Assembly: GCA_003971905.1 (NCBI GenBank) | Contig: RSEE01000097.1 | Span: forward strand, 124,001-188,000 | DNA from: Moniliella sp. 'wahieum' | Taxonomy: Eukaryota | Reading direction: 5' to 3' | DNA: 64,000 nt | Shown: piece after piece, positions 41,014-56,299 of the stretch | Layout: each line of letters starts with the position of its first letter | Numbering within the stretch: position 1 is the stretch's first letter | Made by a program: the position numbers and the translations under genes | The notes under the pieces: model-generated | Database searches by the model: none | The model's input: the letters and a program-made list of their open reading frames with translations, nothing else | Told to the model about the DNA's origin: nothing

Positions 41014-41249
41014 CACGAATCCTCACCCCCCCTTCTTCCTACCTTGCACCAACGGCTCAAGGCGCGACTGTCGCAACGGAACCGGCGCCGATCAATGAGA
41101 CGCTGAACCGTGTTATGGGGCGCTCCGGTCATCTCCGGACACCGAGCCCCGCATTTCGTAGAAGACCTCTCATCGAAGCACACTCCAGCCCCACGACACT
41201 TGTGAATAAGAGTCAGCACGGGCAACTTGCCGCGGATACTTTTCGCGGA

Positions 41250-41920
41250 AAGCCGGGAAAGGACGGCCGGACTTATTAAACGGTACGGCGCTTCGTATCT
41301 GTGGCGCCCCGTCTTGGTAGAACCTCACATCTACTGCGCCCAACGGATCGCAGAATGGGCAGAACGGGCCGCCCTTTACCTCTTACTACTGTAGATTCCC
41401 TTTCTTCTGTTGATGCCTGTTCTGAGTTACGGTATATAAGCAGCCCTGTCTGTGAGGCTTGCTGGCGGTGATCCTCACCGCCCAACCCACGTCTTCCCTC
41501 CGACTTCCCTCTTCACTCTTCACCCTTACGCTTACGAATTTACGACTTATGTGGACCACTCTGCAAGCCGCGGTTACTATCAGTAGCGCTTGCTCTTCTT
41601 TATAAGTAAGCAAATTCGTGCAAAAATGCGGGGTCGTGAATCGCATCTTGTGCCTGTTCCGTAGACCACTCGGGGTGTACATCTTGAAGATGCAACAGGA
41701 ATATGAGCTCACTCTTAGGTAGCTTCGGCAGGAAGAATGGGACCTGCGGGCTCCTCGTGGAGGGTAGCTTCAGCAGAGAGAATGACGTCGGCAGGCATGC
41801 TTTCGGCGCGTGGGTTACGCTTTTCTTGGAAAGGGGTGGAAAGGCAATATCGGCTCAGGACGGAGGCCAGGCATTCAGCCATGCGGGGTAGGGATGCTAG
41901 AGTGCGACTTGGGAGCACTC
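41250..41920 (-). pseudogene. Eroded copia integrase remnant
   Basis: LLTYKEEQAL (~LKxKxE), VRVKSEEG / GGED (~RSDxGGEY), QTGLLI...STEERES (~GIxH...QQNGxAER), AVPFNKS (~AxYxxNR). Weak individually but in the right order and position. Confidence 0.4.
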
Positions 41921-42139
41921 GCGATATGGATCAGCTGCAAAGCAGCCTTCAGACAAGGCGTGAAGGCAAAGTGGTGAGCCACAAGTCTTCAAGCAACGTC
42001 TGAAGGGAAGGAGAAAGGAGAGAGAGAAGGGAGATGGAGCGAGCAGGGCGTGCGCGGCCTGCGAGCGGAACGCTTCGCTCGGCTAGGCGAGCGTCACGAT
42101 CCATTGAGGGCCGCGCAGGAGAACCAGTAGCAGCACCCT

Positions 42140-44264
42140 CTAACAAGGGATAGGTGGGAAAAGAATATAAGCAGGGGAGGGCCGATACAGGGTGGATATA
42201 TAGAAATAGGCAGTGCCAATGCTATTGACTCGCACTACCCGTCCATCTGCAAGGACTATAGGACGGAGCACGACTAGGACGTAGTGAGGTAAATGCGTTC
42301 TTATCCTTGAAGACAGACGGGCGCGCGCGCGAATCATGTTGCGCAGGGAGGGCGGCTGGCGGAGGACTCCGCGCACCCTATTGCTGATGAGGGGAGTAGC
42401 TGTGGATGCAGCAAAACTAATGCCCGCGCTAGGTGCCCGTCCCTGAGAGTTGGTCCTTGTTGGTTGGTGGAAAACGAGCGGCACGGCCCCACGTGTGCTC
42501 ATATGGTATGAGGCAGCGGTAGAAGGAACAGAGAGACCGCAAGGATTGGTAGCCCACTGTGCGGTACCGTGCGAAGGGGGGTAACCAAGGATGCGTCCAG
42601 CACTATGCCTCCACCCTCGCGCAAGACATTGCCAGTTATGGAAGCAGTATGGCCGGGAAGGGGTGGCACCTCGGAACGAGCGTCCACTTCTGAAAGACCC
42701 GCCACGGGAACTAGTGTTGGTGCGATGATCGTGTCCGCGAGCAGAAGAGGAAGAAAACGACGCCACAGGACGAACTGCAGATGAGTGAGTTGTCAAAAGC
42801 ATCAAGAGTTCCTCGTATGTTTTATCGGCATATGGAATCACCATGCCGTTCTTCTGTATCGCGTTAATGACCGCTATACGGAGGATGGGTTGGCAGAGGA
42901 GAGTCCAGCCACAAGTTGGTCTTGTGTACCAACAAACGATGCTGCTGAACAAATTGGGCCCCCATCCGTGAAGCAAAGGAAAGGCCAAGAAGGTCTATCA
43001 ACGTGTCGATTTTCTCCGAGGGGAGATGTGACCGTAGCGTTCGCGAAGGAGAGCAAACGGGACGCTGCACGAGAATCCACTTCATTCTCATGAAATGAAT
43101 CCTGAATAGTGCGATGTAGTCGGACGTAAAGGGGATCAAAAAGCTTACGGTCCAGACCGGGCTTATAACCAGCGCCGGTAGGCCCATGCTCCACAACCTC
43201 CCGTGCCCCCAGGATTGCCCGATCCATAGCCGCAAGGGCGTGGTTGGCCCACGGCCAAAATGGTTGTCCGGCCTTGAACTTGTCGTCTTTGTCCACCGTG
43301 GTAGTCAGGGTTTTCAAAGCAGATAACGTATCTGGATCCTTGCCTTCGTCACGGAGTTGCCGGAACAAAACCATTTGTGCTTGGTGCCCAAGGTCCGAAC
43401 CATAGCTGCTGACGGCATATTCGTGGATTCGGTTCCAAGGCATTCCACCGTCAATGAAGACGGTGCGCAAGTAGTCGATTGCTTCATCCAAAGTGACGGT
43501 AGAGGGAGAAACAGGGATTGCATCTTTCAGTGCAGCCGCAGAATGCGTAGTGTCGGAAGGCAGTTGCTGTATAACCTCCATAGCAGCTGGAAGGCCCACG
43601 TCAGCACCCCAACGTTTCTCGGCTACATCCAGGAGGCAGTCCGCAGATACGCCGGAACGGAAAAGCTTAGTTAAAGTTGACAAGATTGTATCATCAATCG
43701 GAGGAGTAAGCGGCGTTATCGTTGTTGCCACAGGAGTATCACTAATGGATTCGTCGTGAGACACGGGTGACGCGACCGGCCGTGGAGTTGGGACGGGATC
43801 TGGAAGGTCAGATGTTTCGGAGGAGTGTATGTGGGAAGAGGAGGGGGGGAAATAGGAAGAAGAGGAGAACCAAGATGACGTGCAAAAGCCCAGCAAAACA
43901 TGACGAAAGGTGGTACGCAATTCGTCGAAGTGGCGCGCGACAACAGCAGACGTTTGGGAAGACCGATCGCTGGGAATCCGCTTAATAGGATCACCGATCA
44001 TTTTCTCGATCTTGGGGTTGAGGGATGAGATATGCGGAGATGGACTTGAAAATCAGGCGTGAGGTTTTTGGCTACCAGCAGAGGGGTCTGGTCCTGAAGA
44101 ACATGGTAAAGGGTTTGGTATTGGTCCAGTTGTTCTTCAGCCATCTGAGACGCGCGTTCGAAGGTGATGCCTTCTGTAGGAAAAGGAGATGGAAGATGTT
44201 CGTCTGCCCAGTCCGGGTTCGAATCCAAGGGGGAAGGGGTATTAGGGAGTGGAGTGGCGCTCAT
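42140..44264 (-). CDS. Gag-like polyprotein with protease remnant (split over 4 overlapping ORFs)
   Basis: Starts ~120 bp inside the 5' LTR. FWPWANHALAAM, RGG-rich tract followed by PYCFHNWQC..H (degenerate knuckle), RNMI...RPIVLADGRVVRVNSIGTAYF (copia protease/beta-barrel pattern lacking DSG). Confidence 0.6.
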
Positions 44265-44386
44265 TGTTGACGAAATACGCCAAAGGGATTGATTGGGAAT
44301 GGGAATGGGTATGAGTATGGCAAATGGATGGAATTGACGAATGCTGTTGGGTGATCACCGTTGCTCACTGGATGAGCGAAGAGAGT

Positions 44387-44629
44387 TGTTGTAACTCTGA
44401 TGAGACCTGCGAGCTGGAGTCCTGATGGTCCTCGAGGGTGATGCAATCGCACTGGTGGTGGTGGTGTGGCAACCAGCAATGTGTACAGAGGAACATCAAG
44501 CAGCGAGTCGCCATCAGGGGCTAAGCTGCAGGACAAGGAGAAAAACAGGAGAGGGAAAACAGCGAAACTCCTAGGCCTGAGGAGGAACTGAAGGGACACT
44601 GGCTAAAGCACGAGCCACCCAGCTCAACA
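44387..44629 (-). repeat. 5' LTR (243 bp)
   Basis: Direct repeat of 37196-37440. TGTTG...CAACA termini. Confidence 0.85.
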
Positions 44630-45217
44630 TTTGCTTTTGCTGTTTCTGAGTTTAAAAACCCGGGTAACATTGGCCGCCCTCGACTGAGTATTGATTCCAC
44701 CTGAGGCCTGATTAACGATTGCACTCGTAGAGTAAGCACCCCATCCCCTATACTGGGAAGAAGCTGTATGATCGGATCATCCTCCTGTACATGCAGTACA
44801 GGTGATATGCATGGCGGTATCACTCAATACATTTGTGGATGCCAACGCAGTGGTGGAAGGAGCCAAGGTCCATTGAAAAAGGAGTGAGGGTTGTGTTTAC
44901 AGTCCACATTGTAATACTGGAAGAAGAAACGAGGGTATGCTTGGGCAAGAGAAGAGAAAAAAGGAGTGGAAAAGGAGAGGAGATTGTCCAAAGATCAGCA
45001 GATCAGCCAGCGATCTCGATCAGTATCAGTCTGGGGCCACAACAGAGAAACCTGTTTCGGTTCTGGAGCAACAAGGGTCCCAAAAACAAAGCAGGACAAG
45101 AGATACGATAGCAAAAAAAAACGAAAAAAAAAACAGGTGCCACAGCCCAGAGGGTTCTGGGTAAATATCAAATCCCCACCCTGGCAAGTGCGACAGAGAA
45201 GAAGCGAGGCAGCGCAA

Positions 45218-47528
45218 TCAAAACATCGGCATCTCCTCCTCCTCGTCGTCATTGTCCAGTTCGGGACAGGTCCAGTCCACTTGGATCGCGACCAGGCCGG
45301 GAAACGCATGGTCGATTTCCTCGGCGCCGAGGCGGAGGGTATGCGCACCTGGACCGGACGCTTCGAAAGCAGGAACGAACCAAGCCCATGAAGCCGGGGG
45401 TAGCGTGGCCTTGCGCGGGAACGGGGTTAGTGTCGCGGGAGCCGAGCCACGGCGGCGTGGAGGTGGGGTGAGAACCACCTGGACGCGCACTTCCCGCTCA
45501 GCGTCCATAACGATGCCCGATCCAGGAGGCAAGAGTGGAGCCTCGTATACGGTGGTGTTGGGCAGTGCTTTGGTTTTGGCGACACAGGCCAAGGTAGCAA
45601 CCGTTTGAACTTGCATCTCTTTTTGGTTTTGGTTCGCACCGTGTTCTTTTCGTCCGGATGGCGGGGCGGACGACGGGGTCGGAGGCGCAGCTGACCAGCT
45701 AAATTGACGCACCGTCTCAGCTTCCGCATCGACATTGATGCCCCAAGAATTTTTAGCGTCGAGCCAGGTGCGTAGGTCGGCGAGCTGAGCGAGGCGCTGC
45801 CGCCCCGAATCGTCATTGACCACTTGGTCCTCGCTGTCCAGGCACCCTGGGTCCACATCCGGTCGACGTGGTGCGCCCAGGGGCAAATCGTACGCTTCGG
45901 CACTGGGATGGTGATTGCCATACAGCGCCCAGGTCCGCCGCGCTTGTCGTTCCCACCCACTCATCCGGCTTACCACCTCATCGTCGTACCGGCCCAGAGT
46001 CACCGTCACCTCCGCTTCCGGGGAGCAAGACGAATCGAGCTCGACTCGCAAGCGGGTAACCACGATGGAGCGCGGTGCGAGCGGGAGCACACTCCGCACC
46101 CCCCTGCGCGGGTCTTGAGACGCGGTCAGGATCCGGGCCCAGTAGGTGGCCCAGCGCATGTGGGAGGGAGGCAACGTGCTGGCCATAGGTAAGGGTGGGA
46201 CCTGGTGTGCTTGTGCTTGTGCGCATGAGGCCGGTTCGTTCGATCCCCAAAGGGGGGAGCAGGACAATAGCCCGGAAGAGTTGAAGGAGCGACGGGTGCT
46301 CTGTGGAGACAGGGCAGCGTCTTGGGAAGACGAAGAGCGGGACCGGGCGGAGGTCAAGTCGGTCTCAGGCTCTGTGTCGGTGGAGGATGGATCCGAGTGA
46401 CTCGAAAGCACCTCGATGTGGTCGTCGGGGGGGATGGCGCGGCTGGCGTCGGGGGGACAGGCGAGATTGTCGAACGACTTTCGCCGTGCTGGCGGCGGGC
46501 GAAAAGAGGGTGGTGACATGGGCCGGGCGGGCTTCGTCCATAGAATGGACAAGACGTTGGTGATAGGCAAGAGGTGACACTGACAAAAGTCCATTGGCCA
46601 CGGTGTAGGCGGGCGGAGGTTGGGTCCTGGGTCGTGAGGCTGATTGGGAGCGAGAGCGAGAGCGGGATGGAGAGCGGGGGCGGGGGACAGCCGCGCTGAG
46701 CTTGGCGGAGCCCAGGGAACCAAAGGAGGAAAGGCGCTCCCGAAAGGAAGGTTTGCGGCGCAGGGCGGGGGTATGCGTTGCGTGCAAGGCCAGCGCTTGA
46801 TCCAGCCGATCAAGAGGTGTGGGATTGGTAAGGGCCTTCGTTTCTGCAGAGGGGGGCTGAGAAGCATCAGGCTCGACTTGGGCTCGGGCCATCAGGGGGG
46901 CTGCCGTACTAGTAGGCGGGGAGCGTCGTGGGCCATCGAAGCTAACCGAGGTACGAGCGGTAGAGGCGGTAGGTGCTGGGTGGTCGGGGAGGCGGACGGA
47001 GTGAAAGCGGAATGGAAGGATGGTCGGGCCTCTTCAATAGCGCGAGGCTCCTCCCCAGGAAGCGCTGCAAGGCTGAGGAGGTAGCAGACAGCCATCAGCG
47101 CGGTGCGGCTGTCGGGACCGTAGAGGGTGGCCGAGCGGCATCACCGGCCAGCAGCGAGGCGGAGGGACGATCCAGGAGCGCAGATCAGCCACAAACATGG
47201 CGATCATACTGAGCGGGGGCACATGGCCCAGGGGGAAGGGATAGCGACTAAGGCCGTCGTCGGCGCCAGCGCGGGCCGAGAGGGCTACGCGCGGGGCAAA
47301 ATCGTAGACGTGATTGTGTTGGGATTCGGGAGCATTCTTGCTGGGGGAGAGAGACAAGGCGGCGCGGACGCCGCTTGCTGGCCGGGGTTGGATGCGCATG
47401 CCAGATGGCCATGCCATGGCCCCACTGGTGGTAGGGGGCGAGGTTGCGAGCGGCAGGGCGCTGCTGGTGGGCGTACTGGGAGCAAGATGATGGCCATCGG
47501 GGTGCGGAGGAGCCGTGCGGGTGGGCAT
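45218..47528 (-). CDS. PTEN/Tep1-like phosphatase-C2 protein, apparently catalytically degenerate; frameshifts
   Basis: MAWPSG, SRYPFPLGHVPPLSMIAMFVADLRSWI, RTALMAVCYLLSL, PSHMRWATYWARIL, C2-like VTLGRYDD...VMDAEREVRV...WAWFVPAFE...EEIDHAF. Confidence 0.7.
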
Positions 47529-48105
47529 GGGTCCCGACACAGACGCAGCGGTGGGTGGTGGTGGCGGCGGAGGGATGGCGGTGGTGGGGCGCGGCGAGAT
47601 ATAGGAGGCCAGAGGGGCCGACCAGTGGGGGAGCGACCTGGCGTGTGGGGGGGGGGCAGGGGCCACCCGATCACATGCGGGACGCGATATAGACAGCACA
47701 CTGGCCCCGTGCGCCCGCCGCGCCTTTTGCCCGCAGGGTTGTCCGCCGCTGGTCTTGTGCTGTGTGGTGCGGCGGCTCGCATGCTCGCCCAGGCTGTGTC
47801 AGAGACCGCCGCAGCAGGCCACTGTCCTGCTGGCCATCGGATGTGCGTTCCCAGATGCCTGCCATGCCCAGCGGTCCCCACTGCGCCCCCGTGCCCGCGG
47901 CGCAGGCAGCTCGCTGTCTGACGAGCGATGATTGGATCGGTGATGCGGCGCCAGGCAGGGCGGCAGAGGGTGGGGCGCCGCGCTGGGCTTGGCATGCAGG
48001 CGTTCTAGAAGACGCACCGCCGCCCAGCTCGGCTTCGCCCGCTCCCTCCATCCCCCCCTCCCTCACCACACACACCCAGCCCCACGGCCCACATTCCGCA
48101 TTCCA

Positions 48106-49852
48106 TTACAGTTCGTCATCCTCCTCCCCCTCCACATCCGACAGCAGATGCGCACGTGACGCCCTTGGCCTCGCCCCGGCCCAGCGCGGCCCCCAGCCGC
48201 CCACTCCGCTCCTCCACCTTGGACTTGGACTTGGACTTGGACTGCTGCCCTCGCTCGTCCGCACTCGCATCTGCTCCCCACGAGCCCAGTTCGGGCTCAG
48301 GTGCAGAACGCCTGCTCCCTCCCCCGGGCACCTTGTCCGTCTGGGAGAGCGAAGAGCGGGGTGAGCGGGACGAGCGAGAAGGGCGGGAGGGCTGGAGGAT
48401 ACGAAGGTCAACGTGCTCCGATGCCCTCCATCCGCCTCCTCGTCCTCCGACACGTCAAACAGCGTGGCACTCGTTGCACTTTCGCTGCGTGTGTGCCGCG
48501 CCGACTGACCCGGGGCGGAGCGGCGGGACCAACTGGGCCGGTGGCTGTGGCTGTGGCTGTGGCTGTGGCTGTGTCCGCCGCGCCTAGCAGGCACCTCGCC
48601 GGCCGGGCGTGTCCATTGCTCTGACGCTCGGCCGGCGGGACCCCGTGGCCCGTAACGAGGCTCATGCGTGCGTCTTCGGTGATTGGGTCGTAGAGACGGT
48701 TCATGTTCAAGAGGTAGACGCCTACGAAGATGACCACAAACCCACATAGTAGCGACACGGCGGGCGCAGCACCTTGCGTGTTGAACCCGCGAAAGAGCAG
48801 GAAGGAGGCGAGGATGGTGCTGGTGGTAAACATGACGTAGTAGATCGGGTTGACTACGTTGGTGGAGAATCTAGGTGGTGCAGCGAGAGGAGAGAGAGAA
48901 ACAAGTACCATGTGCTGTCAGTTCTGCAAGTTTGGAACGGAGAGGGAGAGGGAGGGGCGGGTGGGGAACCTACTGGTCCAATGCTTTGTTAAAGTAATTC
49001 ATCTGCACCAAGATGCAAACGACGACGACGATGGCAAAGCCATAAGTGGAGGGTGTGTGAACTGATGGAGCCGTTGAGGGTGAGTTTGAGAGCGATGCCA
49101 AACGCTTTGACGGACATGACCGAGATGGAGCCAACGGAAGAGCAGATGGAGATGTACACAACGGTGTCCTCTTACCCCACCTCGGCACCACCCAAAAAAT
49201 CATTCCCACCGCAAACACGCACACCGCGACGCAATACGTGCCAAACGGCAGCTGCATCGCATACCCCAACATCTCATCCACCGTTCGGATCTCCTTATCT
49301 TCCGGCGCATTGAGAATAATCAGCAGCGTGCCGACCAGGCACAACGTACAGCCTACGCGGCCTAGCCGGCCCAGCTCTTCATGGAGGATAAACGACGCCA
49401 ACACTGCCCCAATCAGCACCGACAAGGCGCCCAACGGCGTGACCAAATCGGCGGCGCAAATGTATACGCTGCAAAATTCGCAATCTCACCAATCACCATA
49501 CATGCCACCCGGCCCACCAGATCGGGTTGGCAAGGTACGTATGTTGTTCGCTCGCTAGCTCGCCCGCCGCATCGCCCGCATCAATCAGACCCTTCTTGGT
49601 GATGATGAAGCTGGTGCCAATAGCGAGCGAACTGCTGATCGCCAGCCCGAGTCCAATCCACTTTTCCCGCCCTAGGTTGGGCATGTACCCGCCCCCGTCC
49701 GTCTCGTCGGCGGGGAGCGGGGGGGGGGAAGCAAGGGCGGGCGGGTCGAGGGGCGTCTGGTCGGCAGGGAGGGGGTGGGGAGAGGTGGGGCCGGGCGCAG
49801 GCCGCGCTGGACCAGCGCGAGCGGGGCCGGGGCGGCAGGGAGGCAGAGACAT
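48106..49852 (-). CDS. NIPA-type (DUF803) magnesium transporter; intron 48871-48973
   Basis: KWIGLGLAISSSLAIGTSFIITKKGL, YLANPIWWAG, VTPLGALSVLIGAVLAS, QMNYFNKALDQ|FSTNVVNPIYYVMFTT. Confidence 0.93.
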
Positions 49853-50510
49853 ACGCTTAGGCTGCACAGCAGCAAAAGCAGGTGGGGGACAAGCCACCGC
49901 ATGCTCCTCATCCTTCCGAACGCACACCGAACGTGCCGAGGTTCAATGGAAGCCAGGACGCCGAGGCGGTGGTGGCGGTGGCGGCTGTCCATTCGGCCCC
50001 TGAGGCTCAGGCCCCACCCTTACTAGGTTGCTAGTTGCTGCGCCTCGGCGAGGGCGTGGCGCCCCCAAACCGTCCGAGATACAAATGTGAACGTTTTCAC
50101 TCACCCGCTGCTCGCATTCCTGCTCCTACAGGGCACTTGACACGTGACCGCGTGACCGCCAGACCAGCACGTGCTGCTCCATATCAGATGCGCCTAGCCA
50201 GGCCATCCATAAAGCCCAGGGGATGCTAGCAGCCAACTGGGCCGGCGATGATCGAGCGGACCACCACGCCGGCTCAGCTGGCGTCTTCACAGCGTGGAAC
50301 ACCAAATCCTACCAGTCCAACACGAATGCAGGAAGAAGGAGGAAAGAAAGGGATGTGGAAGGGGGGACCAAAAGAACAGCAAAGAACGAACAGCAGTGGG
50401 AGAGGGAAGCAGCAAGCAGCAGCGAAGGGAGGAAGCAATTGAGGCGTTGGCAGACCCAAACCCCTAGAGACCAGGGGGCAGGATGCAAATATGCAAATTC
50501 GTCATGACGG

Positions 50511-54102
<3,592 letters not shown>

Positions 54103-54943
54103 GGGGGTGGGGGGGGCGGGGAGGGGGGGGCGCAGCGGGGGCTGGGCAGCAGGCGATAAGCGCTAAGCGGCGCGGGGGCGGAACAGAGGCACTGCGTTTC
54201 GGAGCGGGTGGGGTGGTGGTGGTGGTGGGAGGGCGGGAGGAGGCAGCTGGGGAGGGGCGCGTGGGGCCAGGGAGGCGCGTGGGAGCGGGCGGAATGGGTG
54301 GGCGATGGGCGGGCGCGAAAGGGGGCTGAGGCGTTGGAAGGCAGACCAAGGCCAGGCTGCGATATGGGCTGGGCAACCGGTGCATCATGCATCACCCATC
54401 CCAGCACACAAACCCCCTGGCTGCCCACGCTGCCCCCGGCTGCCCACGCTGCCCCCGCCCCCAAAGCTCTCACGCACCCGCCCCCACGTGACCTCCCTCA
54501 CGCCTCACCGGCCTCACCCTCGTCGACAGGCCCTCTGCGCCGCCCCCAGCTGCCACCTTCTTCGAGTGCGCCGGCTTGTCTCCCTCTGGTCGGGTATGGC
54601 TGTTTCTTTCGTCTTGCGTTGGTCCGGTTGCCATGTTGCTACGATGGCCTCCATTCCTTGGCCCCTTCATGCCCTGACTGCCTATTACGCTTGTCCCTAT
54701 TTTGGTCTGACCAACCTGTTTCTGGTGCCTCGCCTGTCCGTTCGATCGATTCCCGCACCTGCCCGACCCATCTTTCTTGCCTCGCAATTTGCCCCGAGCT
54801 CCAGCCGCAAAATCTCACGTTGACTGTCGCCCCCCCCCCCCCCCTAACCCATGCCCCCCGCTCTTCCTGCCCTTGAGCAAAAAGAAAGCTGCAGATAGAT
54901 GTGCGCTGCCACAGAACAGCATCCAGGACGTTGCATTACGCAG

Positions 54944-55950
54944 TTAGGACTTGCTCCCCGCCAGCACCGCCCGCACCATCTCGCGGGTGGTCTTGAGCCC
55001 CGGGGTGTCGGCCTCGCCGGCCGAAGCAGAGTAGGCTTGCAACAACAACTTGTCTGCCAATTTGCTGATCGCTGGCACACGTTCCGGCGTCAGGCTCTGG
55101 CTCTCGGCGGCAGGTACTTTGCCCGACAGAGCTGGGCCGTGCACTGCCACGAGGGATGGAGATGTTAACATGAGGGGGGAAGGCAAGAGGGCACGCCCAG
55201 CACAGCACAGCACAGGGAGACGAAAAAGAAAAATAACGTACCAGTTTCAGCCCCCAGAGCGCGCGCAGTCGTGGACCGCCGGGGCTAGCGGGCGCGCCTT
55301 GGTCCGAGGGATCGACGTCCAACTCGATGACTTGAAGAAAGGTTTTGTAGGCGCGGTTGATGTTGCCCTGGGTATACAGAGTCTCTGCCAGCTGCAAAAG
55401 GAAGAAGCTGTTGGTAGGTTGGAGCAGCACGCATTCCTCCAACGCAAAGCACGCTCGGTCCCAGAGACCTGCGTCGGTGTACAAGCCAGCCAGTTCCAAC
55501 CACGCTTCCGAGTCGGAATAAAAGTGGTCGAGCAACTGGACCAAAGCCTGGATCGCAGTTTCGGTCCGACCCAGCGCTTTCAGCAACGCGATCCGCCGCT
55601 TGGCCACCAACGCATCCGCTGGCTCTTCCACCAACGCCGCATCGTACAGTTCAATGCCGCCTCGGGCTCAGGCCCACCTCCAACAACGCACCTTGCAAGC
55701 ACTTGGTCCGACTCGAGTCGGGGAACTTGAATGCCACACGCTCAATGCACGCAATTGCCAAATCACGGTTGCCCACATCCAGCGCCGCATACGCCAACTG
55801 TTCCAGCGTCGGCCACACTTCGTCCCCAATCTTGGCCAACGCTCCGGAACTGAGCAACGCCTCGCCCACCGCTACCACCTTGGCGCTCTGGGTGCGGTCG
55901 GGCACGCGGCGCTGCTCAGCAAGAAAAGCAATTCCGTCCATGGCCGGCAT
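54944..55950 (-). CDS. EMC2: ER membrane protein complex subunit 2 (TPR protein); intron 55144-55241
   Basis: GDEVWPTLEQLAYAALD...KFPDSSR..LQGALLE, KRRIALLK, LDHFYSDSEAWLELA.LY, FALEECVLLQP.N, RALWGLKL. Confidence 0.9.
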
Positions 55951-56299
55951 TTTTCGCGCGAGGGGGCCAGAAAGGCAGGGCGGAGGTGGAGGTGGAGGTG
56001 GAGGTGGAGTTGGAGATGGCCACGAGGGCTAGGGCCTTACTAGGTAAGATGGGGGGGAAGTGGGGGCCTTCGCAGCCCAGCGGCAGTGGGTCGCTGGTCG
56101 CTGGTCACCGGTGCCAATCATGCGTCACGTCCGAAATGGGCGTGGCAGTCCGCATTACCTAAGAGCAAAGTACAATGTTGCAAGCCCGCGGAGGCGTTGG
56201 GCTGGATTTCTAAGCCAAGCTACGCTCTGCTACGCTGCTGGTTCCTGCCCCCTCGGTCGCTCGCCGTCACCACCAGGGTTGCCCCACGACACCGACACT

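Larger units (their letters stand above)
37196..44629 (-). mobile_element. Ty1/copia-type LTR retroelement, non-autonomous, carrying an F-box/LRR gene
   Basis: Two ~245-bp direct repeats bounded TGTTG..CAACA. G6 PPT-like run before the 3' LTR. Gag-PR-IN-RT-RH remnants in copia order on the minus strand. Confidence 0.8.
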
